Source: Selaginella moellendorffii (lineage: Eukaryota; Plantae; Lycopodiophyta). From it: a stretch of 64,000 bases of DNA. The position numbers and the translations under genes were made by a program. Numbering within the stretch: position 1 is the stretch's first letter; each line of letters begins with the position of its first letter. The stretch covers positions 490,161 to 554,160 of the forward strand of contig NW_003314340.1 of NCBI RefSeq assembly GCF_000143415.4, given 5' to 3'. Of the stretch, positions 25,119-37,808 are shown one piece after another. The notes beneath the pieces were generated by a model. The model had not been told where the DNA came from. It saw nothing but the letters and a program-made list of their open reading frames with translations, and made no database searches.

Positions 25119-26664
25119 TTACAGTTTAGAGTGGTGTATGGTGTTGTTTCTCAAGAACACTGTCCCGGATAGGACGACTTTGCCTCTCTCTTTAACTTTG
25201 CACTTGAAGGAGATCCTGAAAGAAGACGCAAGCGTTACGGGGATGGTCTAGAAACGATTGCGGGCGCTTACTGCGAGCTCTCGCCTTGTTCTTTCTTCAT
25301 CAATGTTACGAGCGTTTCGCCCGGATAGACGTGGTGCAGGAACCTGGAGCTGATCGTCGCAATTCTCGTCGGATCGCCGTCGCAGCAGCACCGAATTATA
25401 GCTCGCACGGCATAGCCAAGCGTGCAAAGCCCATGAAGAATGGGACGCTGGAAGCTGTGTTTTTAAATCCCGTCACAGACGTCATTCGCAAGAACAACGC
25501 TTACCCCGCATCTGCGGCGAACTTTGGGTCCGAATGCAAGGGATTCATGTCTCCTGAAAGACGGTAAAGTAACGCCTACATCACGGACGAGTAACTTTTA
25601 CGCTCTAAAAGGAAAAACAAAAAATTAAAATTAATCTCTCGTTACCTGGTTCGGCCTGATTTGATCTTCAAACTCGAAGTCTGGAGGAGTTGCGTCGAAT
25701 TCTTTCTCATTGAAACTGATGGCTGGAAACTGCGACGATGTTCGCGACGAGAAGGAGAACGGGCTTCCAGGACCTGCCGAGAATCCGCCAGCACCGCGTA
25801 AAAATGCCAAAGTCCTGCAAAATTGTTGACTTAGCGCTAGGCCTACTCTCCAATTGTACAAAAGCTACAACACCTTTGCAGACATAGCAGTTCCCCGGTA
25901 TCGATGTCTCGGTGCAAGAGTTCCATTTCAATTAACGCGGCTTTCCCTAGAAAAGTGACGCTCGGGCCTATCATTTTTGCGCATGAAAAACGAAACAGTC
26001 GTACCTTTGTCGTGAAGACCCGAAATTCGTTTGCTGCTACGAACCTGAGATAGAGACACTCGGACATGAAGGAAAAAAGAGAAAGGAGAAACCTTACCCG
26101 TGCACTCGTTGGAAGAGGTTTGTAAATCTCCACATACTGTTCACCGTGCAACAGTAGCTTCGGATCAAAGCTGCAAATTATATACATTTTTTTCCAGGCT
26201 AAAGTCAATGAAAACGAGAGATGGAACTTACAACTTACTTGAGGCCGCGAATATCACCAAAAGTTCCCACAAGCCTGTTATTGAAAAGTACTGAAAACGT
26301 GGGAAGAACCTACGCATGATAACCTCTAATTGTCAATGAGAAGAAGAAAAAAACTTCCCTTGCCTTGATAAACTTCTGGCCATTCGGATGATAGACATAG
26401 GAAAGCTCCACGGGATCAATCGGATCTACCGCCGCCGCGCCGACGCCTAACGCATAGAGCGCCACATCCCTGACCCAACGAACAACGAAATTTAGGAGAA
26501 AGAAGCGCGATTTCGTCATACTTCTCGGTGTAGCTCAGATCATCCTGCCAAGGACGCGATCAGACAAAATTCTGGTGAAATTTCAGCTGGAATACCTCTG
26601 GAAATCGATGCGTGAGTACCTCCTCGGCCACAATCGGGGGTATCGGCTGTCGCCGCTCCTCCAT
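25119..26664 (-). CDS. ECH2: Peroxisomal enoyl-CoA hydratase 2 (MaoC-type), multi-exon
   Basis: Motifs YTEKDVALYALGVGA, FDPKLLLHGEQYVEIYKPLP, FLRGAGGFS, YRLSGDMNPLHSDP and LHGLCTLG. Ends in PTS1 -SKL*. Confidence 0.92.
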
Positions 26665-27185
26665 GCCTATCACACAGGACCACGATAAAAAATTAGGGCT
26701 CTAGCGAGTCAAATGACCGGGTCTTGACTCATTTTGACTCAGTCAGCGATGGTAAATGAGAAAGCCACTAGATCTTTCTTTTAATCGCGTGAGAGAAACG
26801 TTGTCAAACGCAAACGCGCGTGCACGTACTTTCACCGTGTGTAACCGCACACTGCCAAAGAGTTAAAACAAGTAGAAACTTCTCCTATGAAAGGAAGAGG
26901 AACCTAACGCAAATTAAAATTCGCCAAAGTCCATTTTGCCCGCGCCTTGACGAAATTGCGCCTTCTTTTTCTCTCCACTCGTTCCGGGGTCGGCATTTAA
27001 CCACAGTGATTCCCGTCCTTTCATCTTCCATTCCCCCATATTCACGATTCCCTCGTCGCGCGATCGATCGGTTCTAGTTAGCGCAGCGCTAGTTTCGTGT
27101 TAGATTCTTCACGCATTCCATCCATCATCCATCACTCGATCGATCAGTGGGCAAATAGGGTGGAATTGATCGAATTCTTGCAGCA

Positions 27186-27923
27186 ATGACGGATCGAATC
27201 CATCCCGCGGCATCGCCCTCCGCCCCGATCCTCGAGGAATCCAAGCGTCTCAATGGAGCGTACCAGCAGAAGATCCCCGATCAGCTCTTCCCGCCCCATC
27301 CCGCCGCCTACGTCCCGCCGGCAAGGCGGCGATCGCGCCGCTGCTGTGGCGGCCTCTGCCGCTGTCTCTGCTGGCTGCTCGCCCTCTTCGTCATCATCGT
27401 GATCCTCCTGGGCATCACCGCGCTCGTCTTCTGGCTCGTCATCCGCCCCGTGCGATCGCCCAGCTACAACGTCCAGGACGTGTCACCGGTGTTCACGATC
27501 TCCACCGATTCCAATCCGCCGCTGCTGGATGCCATCGTCTCCTTCACGGTGCGCGCCGAGAACCCAAACCGGAGGATCGGGATCTACTACGACCGGGTCG
27601 CGATCTACCTCTACTACGCGGGATTGCAAGTCGGGGAGAGCTCCATCGATCCGTTCTACCAGGGCCACCGCGATGTCAGGTTCCTGAGGAGCAATCTCAC
27701 CACCACGGATCTGCCCCTAACCCAGGAGCTGGCGACGAGCTTGAGGAACGATATCGCCCAGAATCGCGTCCCTCTGGACGTTCGCGTGAGGGTCAAGGCT
27801 AGGGTCAAGATCGGCGCGCTAAAGTCGCCGCGAGTCAAGGTGAGGAGCCACTGCAGTGTTGTTGTCCGCCCAGACGGGGCGGGGCTCTTGGAAAGGAATT
27901 GCAGGGTGAGAGTGCGACTCTAG
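27186..27923 (+). CDS. NDR1/HIN1-like (LEA_2) membrane protein, intronless
   Basis: Cys-rich juxtamembrane segment, TM helix, ENPNRRIGIYYD and PFYQGH. Confidence 0.9.
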   Translation: MTDRIHPAASPSAPILEESKRLNGAYQQKIPDQLFPPHPAAYVPPARRRSRRCCGGLCRCLCWLLALFVIIVILLGITALVFWLVIRPVRSPSYNVQDVSPVFTISTDSNPPLLDAIVSFTVRAENPNRRIGIYYDRVAIYLYYAGLQVGESSIDPFYQGHRDVRFLRSNLTTTDLPLTQELATSLRNDIAQNRVPLDVRVRVKARVKIGALKSPRVKVRSHCSVVVRPDGAGLLERNCRVRVRL

Positions 27924-29749
27924 AGGAAGAACGCCCTGCAGTATATACTCGCGCTTGTTCATTTCCGTAAAAAAAAACATTCTTTTGCATTTGTTTAATT
28001 CTTTTTTAGCCTTTATTTTTCAATAAAGTTCAGAATTTAGGAGAGGTTTGGAAAAGATCAAAGAAATAAATCCACTGGGAATAATTTGATTTTTGAAGAT
28101 CAAGATTGGTAGAAATCAAAGAAAATAATTTGTTTTGCTTAGTAGTAGCAAGGCTTGGTTTGCTTTAATAATACAATTACTATCTTGATAAACTTTTGAA
28201 TATTTTATAACATATTTTTTCCTTAGAATTTTCTTAGTGTAAAATGTTTTTAAACCAAATGCTATTCTGATTAGAGAACAAAAGAAAAATTCCAAGCATT
28301 CACATGCATGCAAGAAACCTTCACAAATAAATGACAAGTTCTTAAAGATTATATTTCCTCTTTGATCCATAAAGTTGTAGTTGTCTGCAAGATAAAGGTT
28401 CAAGTAATTCTAGTCAGAGGTAAGCATTGGAATAATTGGTCAAGTTGCAAGGTTATGGAGCTATTCTCTTATCGACAACAACTAGAAATTAACTAACTAG
28501 GCAATGTAGTATAAGGTGCCATACTCCTCGACTGTCAGCACAATCTTATTGACATTCATTGTGGCCCTCTAGCTGCTAAGGAAAATGTGTTTAGATCTTA
28601 TTTTTTCCTCTTTAAACACACAGGAGCGAAAGGCAAGAAACGAACTCCAAATCCAAAACAGACGCATCGCACGCAAGGAATCGCAGCTCCGCGAACTAAC
28701 TGCCAAGCTCTTGACCCTGGAGGTTTGCTTCTATGTGCTAGCGAGTCTCTATGTCATGTTACTCTCCAGTAATGCCAAAGAGAAGCCCGTCACTCGTCAC
28801 TCGCACGCTACCAAACTTTTATTTTTCTTCTAGCTCGGGATTGTGTTTAGGCAATCGCTATCGATCAGCAAAGACAAGGCTATCCTTTGGTGAGGTCGTG
28901 GTTTTCCATACATTCCTTTAATCGCATCTATGGTCGAGAGCCTCCACAGGTCCAACGCTCATCTCAATGCTGGACGAGGCGCTCTGAATGGTGGAGAGGC
29001 TGTCCTGCTGGAAACTCAAGGCACCCAGCTCCTGCGCGACGAAGCCTCTCGAGACGAGGCCTGGACGCCGGCCTTCTCTGCCGAGGATTAAAAGTTGCGA
29101 CACGACATAAGTTTACCTTATATTCCATTTTAGATTCTTTTTTATTTGAAGTGCGAGGCAACTCATGATTAGTAGCACCTCTTGGCCCGTGGTTTGAGGA
29201 ATAGAGCAGCACTTGGATTGCCTTAGGAACTGTGAGAAGGCTCAAAAATTTTGGAACCAATTGAGCAATCAAATGTGGCACAGTAGATTTAGTGTTTCTA
29301 ACTCAACAACCTACTATAGCATGATTCAGTTTTTTCTTCGACTCCACGTACAACTATCATGTCGACCAAGTAGGGGCAGCCTTGCTCAATAGCAAGCAAA
29401 GAAAAACAACAAGAGGTTCTCTCATGAAGCAAGCTTGTTTGTCTTGCTTGAGTAGCTCATATCGCTAGAACTTGATACTAGAAATGTCCTCCCTCAACAA
29501 TTGTAAGTCCTCTTGTATTTGAGAAACAAGATGATTAGCATTTTCACATCTTGCAAATCTGTAGTCATTGGTATTCAAAATGACTCATAACAATATTTCT
29601 ATCTAGATCTCTGCAAGAACTCGAGAAGAACACACCTTGGCTTCCTTATGCTTGGCATTTCACTCAACAAGACCAGAAAAGAATTGATCTCTTTTAGTGT
29701 TTAACTCACTACCAACTTGCTTCACAATTCAAATTAATCAGTTATTGTT

Positions 29750-30200
29750 CTCATGGCGATTAAAGGCTTCGTATGTACGCAGCTTTATGCAGCTTGGGAG
29801 CCTAGAAGATCACTTACATAGCTTGTATATTGTTTCCTACATATAAAACTAAGTAAGCGTTACATGCAGACGTGCTAGCCAGAATTGTTGGGTTGGAATG
29901 CAAAGATGAAAATACAAGAGCTCCCAAAGGACTAAAGCACTTGTGTGCCAAAGAAAATCCTCCAGTTATTTATTGGAATTTCAAATCTTACTCAAAAAGA
30001 ATATCATCCCAAGCTTTCAAATATTGGTCTTGCAAAGCTGAGTCCAATCACACGCAAAACACACGTTTGAACCTATGTAGTGCCAACTTATGGATATTGT
30101 GCACCCAAGTATCCCATGATAGGACTTAAGTTGGAGATTTGGAGCTGTTCTTTTGGAGCTAATTATTGGACGGGAGGATTTAGAAAAAATCTTGTTGCCT
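29750..30200 (+). pseudogene. Decayed RLCK-VII (PBS1-like) kinase fragment
   Basis: Frameshifted peptides FMQLGSLEDHLH, PKGLKHL..KENPPVIY, PKLSNIGLAKLSP, TYGYCAPKYPMIG and FGAVLLELIIGR. Confidence 0.8.
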
Positions 30201-32493
30201 GAATAAGCTTATATGCTCCTTTTTTTCCTTCTTCCATACATAAATGTTTAGGCTAAAGCTTTAGCCAGTTCGCAAATGGACAAACAAGGAACTCAGCATT
30301 GATTTTATCGAGATTGCATGTTATGGGGGAAGCATGTTCACATCATGCTTGATGTCGGCTGTGATGTCTTGGAGGTTTTTTGTTTGATAAGTATTCATTT
30401 ACTCCATAAGACGAACACAAAGCCGAAATTAAGTGGAATTTCAGTAATTCTTGTAGTATATATATGATTATGTGGCATGTAAATGGTATGCATTTATTTT
30501 TTTAGCACTCCAATGGACAAAAACAAACCAAAAGATGTACAAATGTGGAATCACCTTTATCATCACGAGTAACTAATAATATGTATTGATTGTTAAAAAT
30601 CTATTTGTACGTTTTTTTCAATTGCTCTAAGAGAACTTCTCGTCACCTCAAATCTACATAGATCAATTTGAGGATGGATTTTCTTGTTGTAACTTAAAAG
30701 AAGTATCTCTCTATAATTACAGCATAAATCTGTTTCTTGCCAAGTTTGATTTTCTTCATGCACTTCAATGTAGGTTAAATGGGAATGAAGAAAAGAGTAG
30801 AAGCAACTGGTCATCAAGGCCTGGAAGTACTTTGATTTTATCTTTTGTTTTCTATTGTTTTCACACAAGATTTTGGCTTTTGGCACTAGAAAATTCCTAG
30901 AGCCTAGACTTCAACTCAGTATAATTCCAGTGTTCTCCAAGTAAACAACCCTTGTACCTAGAGAGTTCTGAACGATCTGTGCAAAGAAGTTTGATAAACA
31001 GCAAAGAAGCATATGAACCAAACCAAACACGAAATATCAAAAAGAAGGAAGAAAAACTGATCATGTAAGAACAACAACGTGAAATAAGGCCAAAACATTG
31101 GAGGAAGAAACAAGGGGAAAGCCCAAGGAAAGAAGATTTCACTTATACCAGATCGAATGAGTTCTATCCCACTAAACACGGCGAAGGTCAAACAGTGAAA
31201 CCATTTCAGCTCGGCATGTGCATCTGGTCATACGAATCGAGCAGAAATACTGCGACTCTTGAGCGCCTTCTCTGACTATGGCTTGCAAAATCATCACGCC
31301 GATTCTTTTCTCTCCACTTTGCTTTGCAGACCCAATCAGCAGGATGGGTGGTTCGCTTCCGAAGTGGAGTAGAACGAAAGCAATCCTAGATTCGCGAGCT
31401 CGAAATCCATTTTTATAGTAACGGTGCCCTATTATATTGGCGGTGATGGAAGCTCGAGCATTGGGGTTCTCCTGGTTACGACGCTCTCCAGCACAGGCAA
31501 GAACACAGGCAAACACACAGGCAACAGGATTGAAGATCCTTCTCCTCGAGGTGTGTACAGCTCGCCATTTTTTCTTGTTCTTTGACATTTTTCGCGTGCA
31601 GGCGACTCCTGCCGCAACAGCGGACAAGAAAGCAGGGGATTACCAAGCACTGCCCTTGCAGCTCGAGGCAGTGATCGCCAGCAGTGGCCCAGCATCAAGT
31701 GTTCCCAAGTATGATGCACCTATACTCGAGGAGGATGACGAGCATGAGTGTTCCCGAGTATGATCCACCACCATTACCTGTACTCGAGGGTGACAACCAT
31801 GATTCGCAAGAGGTAACTCGAGAGCTAAGACGGTTTGTTTGGAACCGCACCAACCTTCTCTTGCAGCTAGAGGCGGTCATGGTTGGCATTGTGGATTCAG
31901 TTCAGTATACTTCTCTCGGTGGCAAGACTCTTGCAATCAACGACGACGATGACAACCTGAGCTGGAGGAGATCTAGAGCTTCTTTCAGACAACAGGCCAT
32001 CCAACCATAGCTCCAATACCATGTTGTAAAGGGATCTGGACAAGCCGGGGATTGAGAACTCCTCCCTGGTTGTGTGCTTGTTCAGCTTAGTTCCAACAGG
32101 ACATTCCCGTTGGTGCAGCTACCATCCAGAGCCGAAATTCATCTGGAGGTGGAGGAACTTAAGAAGCTAATTGGAGAGCGGACTTGGAAGCTACCGACCA
32201 CTCTTCAGTCGATAAAAGAAGAAATGTGGAGCAGGCTTCTGAACGTGGGACGTCCCAGGAATTATGGGAAGAACTCAAGAACTTCCGGGGGTGGCATCAA
32301 TTCCCAGTGACCAGTTCCCGACAAATGCTTCTGGAAGCATCACCAGGACATGGACCTTCTCTATTCCGTGGGGTGGATCGCTTCATAGCTCCACCCCACG
32401 GAATAGAGAAAGAAATTTGATCCAGAAATCCACCCCAAAATTTCTGGATTTCAGAAATTTGCAAAAGCAGCACAACAAGATGGAGAAGAACAA

Positions 32494-32930
32494 CCAGTTT
32501 CAGTCTTTTGGCAGAGGTTGCAAGGCAATGGCACCAGCACCGTGAGAAAGCACAGGAGGCCTCCAGACAAGAATAGTGATGAACAAGAACTTGTGGCAGC
32601 AATGGCCGAGGAGTCATCCTACAAGGTATGTCTCTGTGAACAGGAATCAGATATGTATTTGTACTAAGATGTACACTGAACAGGTGCTAAAGTCTCATGC
32701 AGCAGCAGGATCTCGAAAGTTGAGGCAAGTTGATGTTTCATCGACACCAGTTTGGCAGAGCCTGCGAGGCGATGGCACCAGCACCGTGGGAATGCACAGA
32801 AGGTTTCCATACAAGAATAGTGAAGAACATGCAGCAGCAATGGCCGAGGAGTCATCCTACAAGATATGTCAGGAATCAGATGTATTCGTACTAAGATGGA
32901 CATTGAACAGGTGCTAAAGTCCCATGCAGC
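32494..32930 (+). repeat. Diverged tandem duplication of an exon+intron unit (~200-250 bp)
   Basis: atggcaccagcaccgtg...gcagcaatggccgaggagtcatcctacaag...tactaagatg...gaacaggtgctaaagtc occurs at 32494-32703 and again at 32747-32930. Confidence 0.85.
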
Positions 32931-33877
32931 CACAGGAATTCCATCTCAGAAGTTACTGGCCAGTGGCACTGGTGACACTAAGGAGGCTAGCAGCAATGCT
33001 TCACCACCACCAGCATCGCCACCACCTTTTATGTGGCGGTGGTTCCCTCGAAGCTTGGGCGAGGATGGTGGGAAGGAAGGCCAAGAGGATCAACACCGAA
33101 ATGTTTCAAGAAGCTGAAGAGACTTCAATATCAAGCTCTCAGAGTTTAGTGTTTGCGGGGTGAGCAACGGCAGCAGCATTGCCAGTGAATTCATCCAGTT
33201 ATTTGAAGGAGAAGGCATTAGCAGCAGTGATGCCATCCTGAACTCGCTGTTGGAAGGCGAAGGTGGCTGCAGCAGCAGCAATGCAGATCTTCGGCTGGCT
33301 TCCTCCAATGATCTCAACTTGCAAGCGATGGCTGTGGCGGCAACCCCGCTGCTTCTTCCAATCCATGCCGTGGTGCTGGTTGCGCTGCTCTTCCTCTTCT
33401 TGCTCTCCTTCCTCTTGGTGATCAAGAGGAGGTGGGGGAGGAGGAACAGAGGGCTCCTGAGTTCCACCTTTCGATGCAAATGCATCAGGATGTGCAGTGG
33501 ACGGGATCAAGTTGTCGCAAGCATGGCTAGGTACTTGGATCAAAACTTGAAGGCGGTGGCCTAACACTGCGTGATGATCCCCATCGGGAGTGATAGAACT
33601 TTGGTGGCAGATTTTCATCGGCTGGAAGCAATAGTTACATTGCCAATAGCTTTGTGTCGCAGCTGATGCCAAAGGATGAGAAAGGATGCATGCAAAGCCT
33701 TTTCTCGTGCAAGCCAGGAACGAAAGGAAGAACAGTGAGCGAAAGAAACTGTTTTGTCAGCTGCGGCCATGAACATCACCTGAAGAGTGAATGCGCAAAC
33801 AGTGCCTCCATCAAACCCCCACACAAAGGTTTTCCCAATGTTTGTAGCGGCAGCTAAGAGCATTCCATCCCCACTAT

Positions 33878-34945
33878 CAAAACAAAGCTGTGTGATCAGC
33901 ATAAGTTCTAGAAAAACTACGCAATGGATCCAGAGAGCCACTTCGTACCTGAAGTCTAGGGACTTCAACTTAGCCGATCCAATCGCACAGTGTTCGTCAA
34001 GCAAAAGCTCCATGGAGATGTCGTGTGAAAAACATCCGAGATAAAAATTAAGAAGGAAACAATCCGCACACCATTCCCTCAATTTTAAACATTGTTCTGT
34101 GGACACAGCTCTCACTATGAAGGAGCCAAGTTCCATTGGGATGAATTGGAGCCCGTATGGAGCGAATAGGAAACCATTTTCGATGCACTGGATTGACAAC
34201 CTGTTCCAAAAAACTTGATTTTAATCATTTTCCTTCATTTAAAAGCATCTAGGCACATATTCAATCCCCCTGATTAAAACACGTACGTTGGTAACGCTTC
34301 AATTTTGATTTTAGTTGCGCTTCTTTCTTAGGACTGCTGGTCTATCTCTCTATTTATCCCTGCATTTTAGTGCTGTTCAGCCAGCATCAGATCAAGATTG
34401 CCTCCTCTTTATTGCGTTAATTCCTCTGCAAAGAAGTAGCGAGCATAGATTTTCACATTCAAGTGGTAAGAAAGCTTCTTAATATAATTCCTTCTTTCTT
34501 TCCATCCATCTAAGATTTTTGAAATCTGGCAGGAACCACATCTCCTGAGAGTCTCAATATGAAGTTTGCAGCAATGGTAATGCGATACTATAGTGTTACA
34601 AAACCTTCTTGCTGGTTTTATACCTAGCCATGTAAGTCAATGTACAAGAATGTTCCAAATGGTGTGACCTTCACAGAAAAGGTGAGCATAAAAGTTTCAG
34701 AAGGCAAACTCTCTCAATAGCTTAATGCTAATTGTCATTTTTTCACATCTAAACTTAATATGCAAAGAATATTATAATAGGATCTTGTCATTTAGGGCTA
34801 AAATTGCAATACATCATTTTATTCTAATTGAGAATGCTCATTTAATCAAGGTTTATGTTCATTGTCGATTATTAAAAGAGATTAAAATTTTATATGCCAC
34901 TGTTGATTGGGTGCTACACTACCCTACAAATCTGGATGGGCATGC
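33878..34945 (+). repeat. ~1 kb segment, inverted copy of 56415-57407
   Basis: Reverse-complement identity, e.g. the shared peptide SFIVRAVSTEQCLKLREWCADCFLL in ORFs 33615- and 57119+. Confidence 0.92.
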
Positions 34946-36181
34946 TAACAAGTTTTTTCCTTCTTTTAGGAAAATATTCGGAATGTGACGAGAAGTGTGG
35001 AGAATGCAAGAGCTGCAAGGCCAAGGCCACTGGCTCTCCAAGGCCAAGTTGTTCCTTAAATTTTCTCGCTGCTCGACAATTAGGAGACAACGTAAAAACT
35101 TTTGGTACATTTTATCTTTGACTTACGATAAGTTGTGAGCCTCTCCTCGTTGTTTCTAGTGAGCATTAACCTCCAACGTGCGACCTGCTAGTCGGCTAGC
35201 TCTGCGTTTCCCAGAAAACCAAATCCTGTTTTTTCTCTCGGCATCCCCACCCAAATCCAGAAATTCTCACCACCACTCGATCAGATCAACAGTATCGAAG
35301 GAATCCAAATCAAGGCAATGCTGGAAAACAACCTACTGCAGGTATTTTGCGAGTTACATAGGAAAAATCTATGTAGTCCTCCGTGTAGCAATCACTAGAG
35401 AAATGCTCACCTTATGACAACATGTTGATGCATTTGATCCATTTTGCATCCAACATCTTCGTTGCTATTCCCTTGACGATCCAATATTCAACTTCATCAT
35501 CAGAATACCAAATTAATAAGCTATATATTGGAGTGTCTAAGATTTTGTTTTAAAGAGGATTAAAAATATCCATCAGGAATTATTAAACTCTATGCAGATG
35601 GTATTGAAACTGATGCATGAAAGATATTTTAAATCCTGGAAATGCTCGATGGTGGTGACGTTTTCCAGCTTTCTATTTTAATGATTAACCATTTGTATAT
35701 CTACCAGCAATTTCTTCAAATTTTGCTATATATTTTTAGCAAAGTGTTGATTCAAATTAAGGGATGATTGTATTCTTAAGATGATAAAAATTGGTAATAA
35801 TGTATTGCAACATTTTGTCACCAGGGTTACATCCATTGGCAGAGAAATGTTGATGTCATTATTGTTACTACTATTGTTACATTAGACCACTAATTTATCA
35901 TAATATTCCACTGTAGCATGGCCGTGGAGATATAGGCACCCAATGTGGACCTTTTAACCACTGAAGGTATATGTTCAGCTTACAAGTTTCTGTCGTCCTT
36001 CTAACTCTTGTGCTTCTGGGAGCATCTCCATAAAAACAAATTCATGTGTGCATATCAGCCAGCCAGCTGGCTGAAATCAACGTTTCTGTCGTTGCTGCAA
36101 GCTTCGAGCTTAAAAGCCTATGCAAGCCTCTGTTCAATCTCGCTGGGCTCGCATATATATTTCTTATTTGCACAATTCTAC

Positions 36182-36454
36182 ATGATGGCACAATCCAAGC
36201 TGTTTCTTGCGCTTATGATAGCACTTGTTGTTGCTGCTGCTACTGGCACTGCTGGAAGTTGCGTTGAGGAGCGCAGCGCGCTTGTTGGAGCTGGCTGCGA
36301 TGGATGCCACTGCACCGAATGCGTTTGCCCGGTAGGAGTTGGACCGGGATGCACTCCCGCGTGCCACTGCAGTGCTTGCGTTTGCCCTGCCTCGCTGCTG
36401 GCTCAGGAATTGCTCGGGGCTCAGTTTCTTCATGTTTCCGTTAAGCATGCTTGA
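36182..36454 (+). CDS. Orphan secreted cysteine-rich peptide precursor (90 aa)
   Basis: Signal peptide MMAQSKLFLALMIALVVAAATGTAG, then two repeats GCDGCHCTECVCP and GCTPACHCSACVCP, then a 21-aa tail. AATAAA at 36541. Confidence 0.75.
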   Translation: MMAQSKLFLALMIALVVAAATGTAGSCVEERSALVGAGCDGCHCTECVCPVGVGPGCTPACHCSACVCPASLLAQELLGAQFLHVSVKHA

Positions 36455-36659
36455 TCTCTCAGAGCTCATGGGAGAAGCCACCTGATATGTGTGTACTCGT
36501 ATCGAATGTAATGTGTTGCTGGCAACACATTGCTGCATCGAATAAAATATGTTGCCATTTCATAGAAGAAGAGTACTAAAAAGAAAGAACTCCAAAAAAT
36601 TCAGCTAAGACCGCACAATCCAATATAACAAAAAAGCCTATCAAAGTCTCTCGCATCTC

Positions 36660-37072
36660 AATACGTCTCTTCCTCGATCCTCCTCCAAACCCAGCGCCGC
36701 CGCCTGGAGCGCCACCACCACCACCACCCTGGTACATTATCGCGATCACCAGGTTGCAGATCCCCTCGAGCGCCTTCTGCTTGTCCTCGAACTCCTCCAC
36801 CTTGCTGGGACCCTTCTCTCCGGCATTCCTCCGGCTCCCAGGGGTGTCTCGCAGATCACGGTTGCGTTGCCAATGGTATCCTCAACGTTTGAGAAGTTCA
36901 AGGCGGAGGACGACGAGGCGAGGAAGAAGATCGACGCCAGGAACGCGCTGGAGAATTATCTATGCGTACACCATGAGGAACACGATCCGGGACGACAAGG
37001 TGGCCGGGCAAGAAGAAGATCGAGGAGGCGATTGACAAGACGATCGAGTGGCTGGATGCGAATCAGCTGGCG
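36660..37072. pseudogene. Rearranged cytosolic HSP70 3' fragment (one part inverted)
   Basis: Plus strand 36802-37072: LSGIPPAPRGVSQITV, ANGILNV, EKFKAEDDEARKKIDARNALENY, KKIEEAIDKTIEWLDANQLA. Minus strand 36801-36660: VEEFEDKQKALEGICNLVIAIMYQGGG. Confidence 0.9.
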
Positions 37073-37676
37073 TATCTTGGCAGTTTGGACATCTGCATCG
37101 CACATGAATAAGGAAGACAAGTGGTACCTAAGCAGACCTTCTCGACGTACTAGCCGGGGAAGGTACTTCTTTTCTCCTGAAGGAAAAATCACTCGGTACA
37201 AGCTGAACATATGGTTCCGCGAATACAAGACGTCGTTTATTTGGGATTGGGGCTACAAGGTCTGGCTGCTGACTGGTGTTGACTAGCGCAGGCTTTGTTG
37301 ACGTTGTCCATACACAAGCTGCAGCAGCTTTTTCACTGCCAGCGTGCACACGGTGAAGAGGTGAGCTTTGCCAACTCTCGTAAGGACCTTAAACCTTAGT
37401 GTTTTAATTATATTCATATTTCCAAGTAATATTTTTGCATTTATTTAATAAGTATTTATTCATAGAAATTTTACTTTTTCTTGAAATTATATTAAAGGTT
37501 TCCAATCTACATCCCAGGTTCTTAATTAGATTTCAGGTTGAAATTGATCACTATGTTATATTGCCTAGCAAATGTTGGGTGAATACAAAATCAATAATTT
37601 TATTCAATGTTTTTGCCTAAAAATAAAAGAATTTAACCCCTTTTTTATAATAAAGTTTAAATTTAAAAATCTGATA

Positions 37677-37728
37677 TACATGGGCTCTGCCCGCGCGAGT
37701 TCGAATCTCCCAGGCGAGCTAGGTTTTT
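37677..37728 (+). pseudogene. 3' half of a tRNA-Ser gene (GCT-type variable arm and T-arm) with T-run terminator
   Basis: tacat-gggctctgccc (variable-arm hairpin)-gcgcgagTTCGAATctcc-caggcga, followed by TTTTT. The 5' half is replaced by AT-rich DNA. Confidence 0.7.
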
Positions 37729-37808
37729 ATTTACTCGAATGGCGCATATTCTTCTAGATCCGTTTTGATCTTCACGAGTATTTCTTCGCCCTACGCATCT
37801 ATCTCTCC

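Noticed and set aside
19283-27923. Metabolic gene cluster (SDC1 makes ethanolamine; PEBP; ECH2)
   Set aside because: These are unrelated housekeeping genes, the PEBP pocket is degenerate, and no pathway logic is supported.
28622-28722. Coiled-coil exon ERKARNELQIQ...LLTLE
   Set aside because: A single orphan exon with no assignable gene.
33615-34199. 194-aa minus-strand ORF as a WD40-like gene
   Set aside because: Only a vague resemblance, a non-ATG start, and the frame is not kept in the inverted copy.
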